In this document: piece after piece, positions 38,379 through 38,578 of the stretch
Layout of the letters: each line of letters begins with the position of its first letter
Position numbering within the stretch: position 1 is the first letter of the stretch
Source: Puia sp.
GTDB taxonomy: Bacteria; Bacteroidota; Bacteroidia; Chitinophagales; Chitinophagaceae
Assembly (NCBI GenBank): GCA_036495145.1
Contig: DASXNJ010000287.1
Location: forward strand, 1-38,578
Length of the DNA: 38,578 nucleotides
Direction: 5' to 3'
Program-made: the position numbers and the translations under genes
The notes under the pieces: model-generated
Database searches by the model: none
Told to the model about the DNA's origin: nothing
The model's input: only the letters and a program-made list of their open reading frames with translations

Positions 38379-38578
38379 ATGTCTCAACGAATCAGAATCA
38401 AATTACAGTCATACGATCATAATCTCGTGGACAAATCCGCTGAGAAAATTGTAAAGACAGTTCGTAGTACAGGTGCCGTGGTAACCGGTCCGATTCCTTT
38501 ACCTACCAGGAAAAAGGTATTTACGGTTCTCCGTTCACCCCATGTCAATAAAAAAGCACGCGAACAATTTCAGCTGCA
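38379..38578 (+). CDS. rpsJ: 30S ribosomal protein S10 (partial, runs off the window)
   Basis: Not in the ORF track. Hand translation: [66 protein letters not shown]. Confidence 0.98.
   Translation, partial: MSQRIRIKLQSYDHNLVDKSAEKIVKTVRSTGAVVTGPIPLPTRKKVFTVLRSPHVNKKAREQFQL

Overview
Core-genome window from a Bacteroidota chromosome, most likely family Chitinophagaceae (inferred from protein sequences, TAnnTTTG promoters and lack of Shine-Dalgarno sites). In order it contains: an amino-acid/solute transport cluster (APC permease, DAACS symporter, DedA, MFS); a GT9 glycosyltransferase; two tandem paralogous secreted proteins of unknown function; mdh; a thioredoxin-like protein; efp-accB-accC; ispH; a GH13 hydrolase; HtrA/DegP; a LuxC-like reductase with a divergent ferredoxin-ddl-PASTA-rhodanese run; a TPP-riboswitch-controlled TonB-dependent receptor; a GIN-domain protein; yidC; TPR-comA-aroE; thioesterase-rdgB; ilvE; and a fragmented str/S10 locus (rpsL-rpsG | fusA | inserted DPP-IV-like peptidase | rpsJ). 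No transposase, phage, CRISPR, tRNA or rRNA was seen. The most unusual signals are: (1) the paralog pair at 5870-7173, each with a signal peptide, exactly ten 8-aa 'x-I/L-N-P-x-x-N-x' repeats and a four-fold repeated beta domain; (2) intergenic inverted arrays of 7-nt or 8-nt units whose sequence differs per locus but whose architecture is shared, and which begin at stop codons or at the TA of promoter -7 elements; (3) an EF-P with an Arg32 loop (NKTARAAA) and no adjacent earP; (4) a readable SD-independent translational expression platform on the TPP riboswitch.
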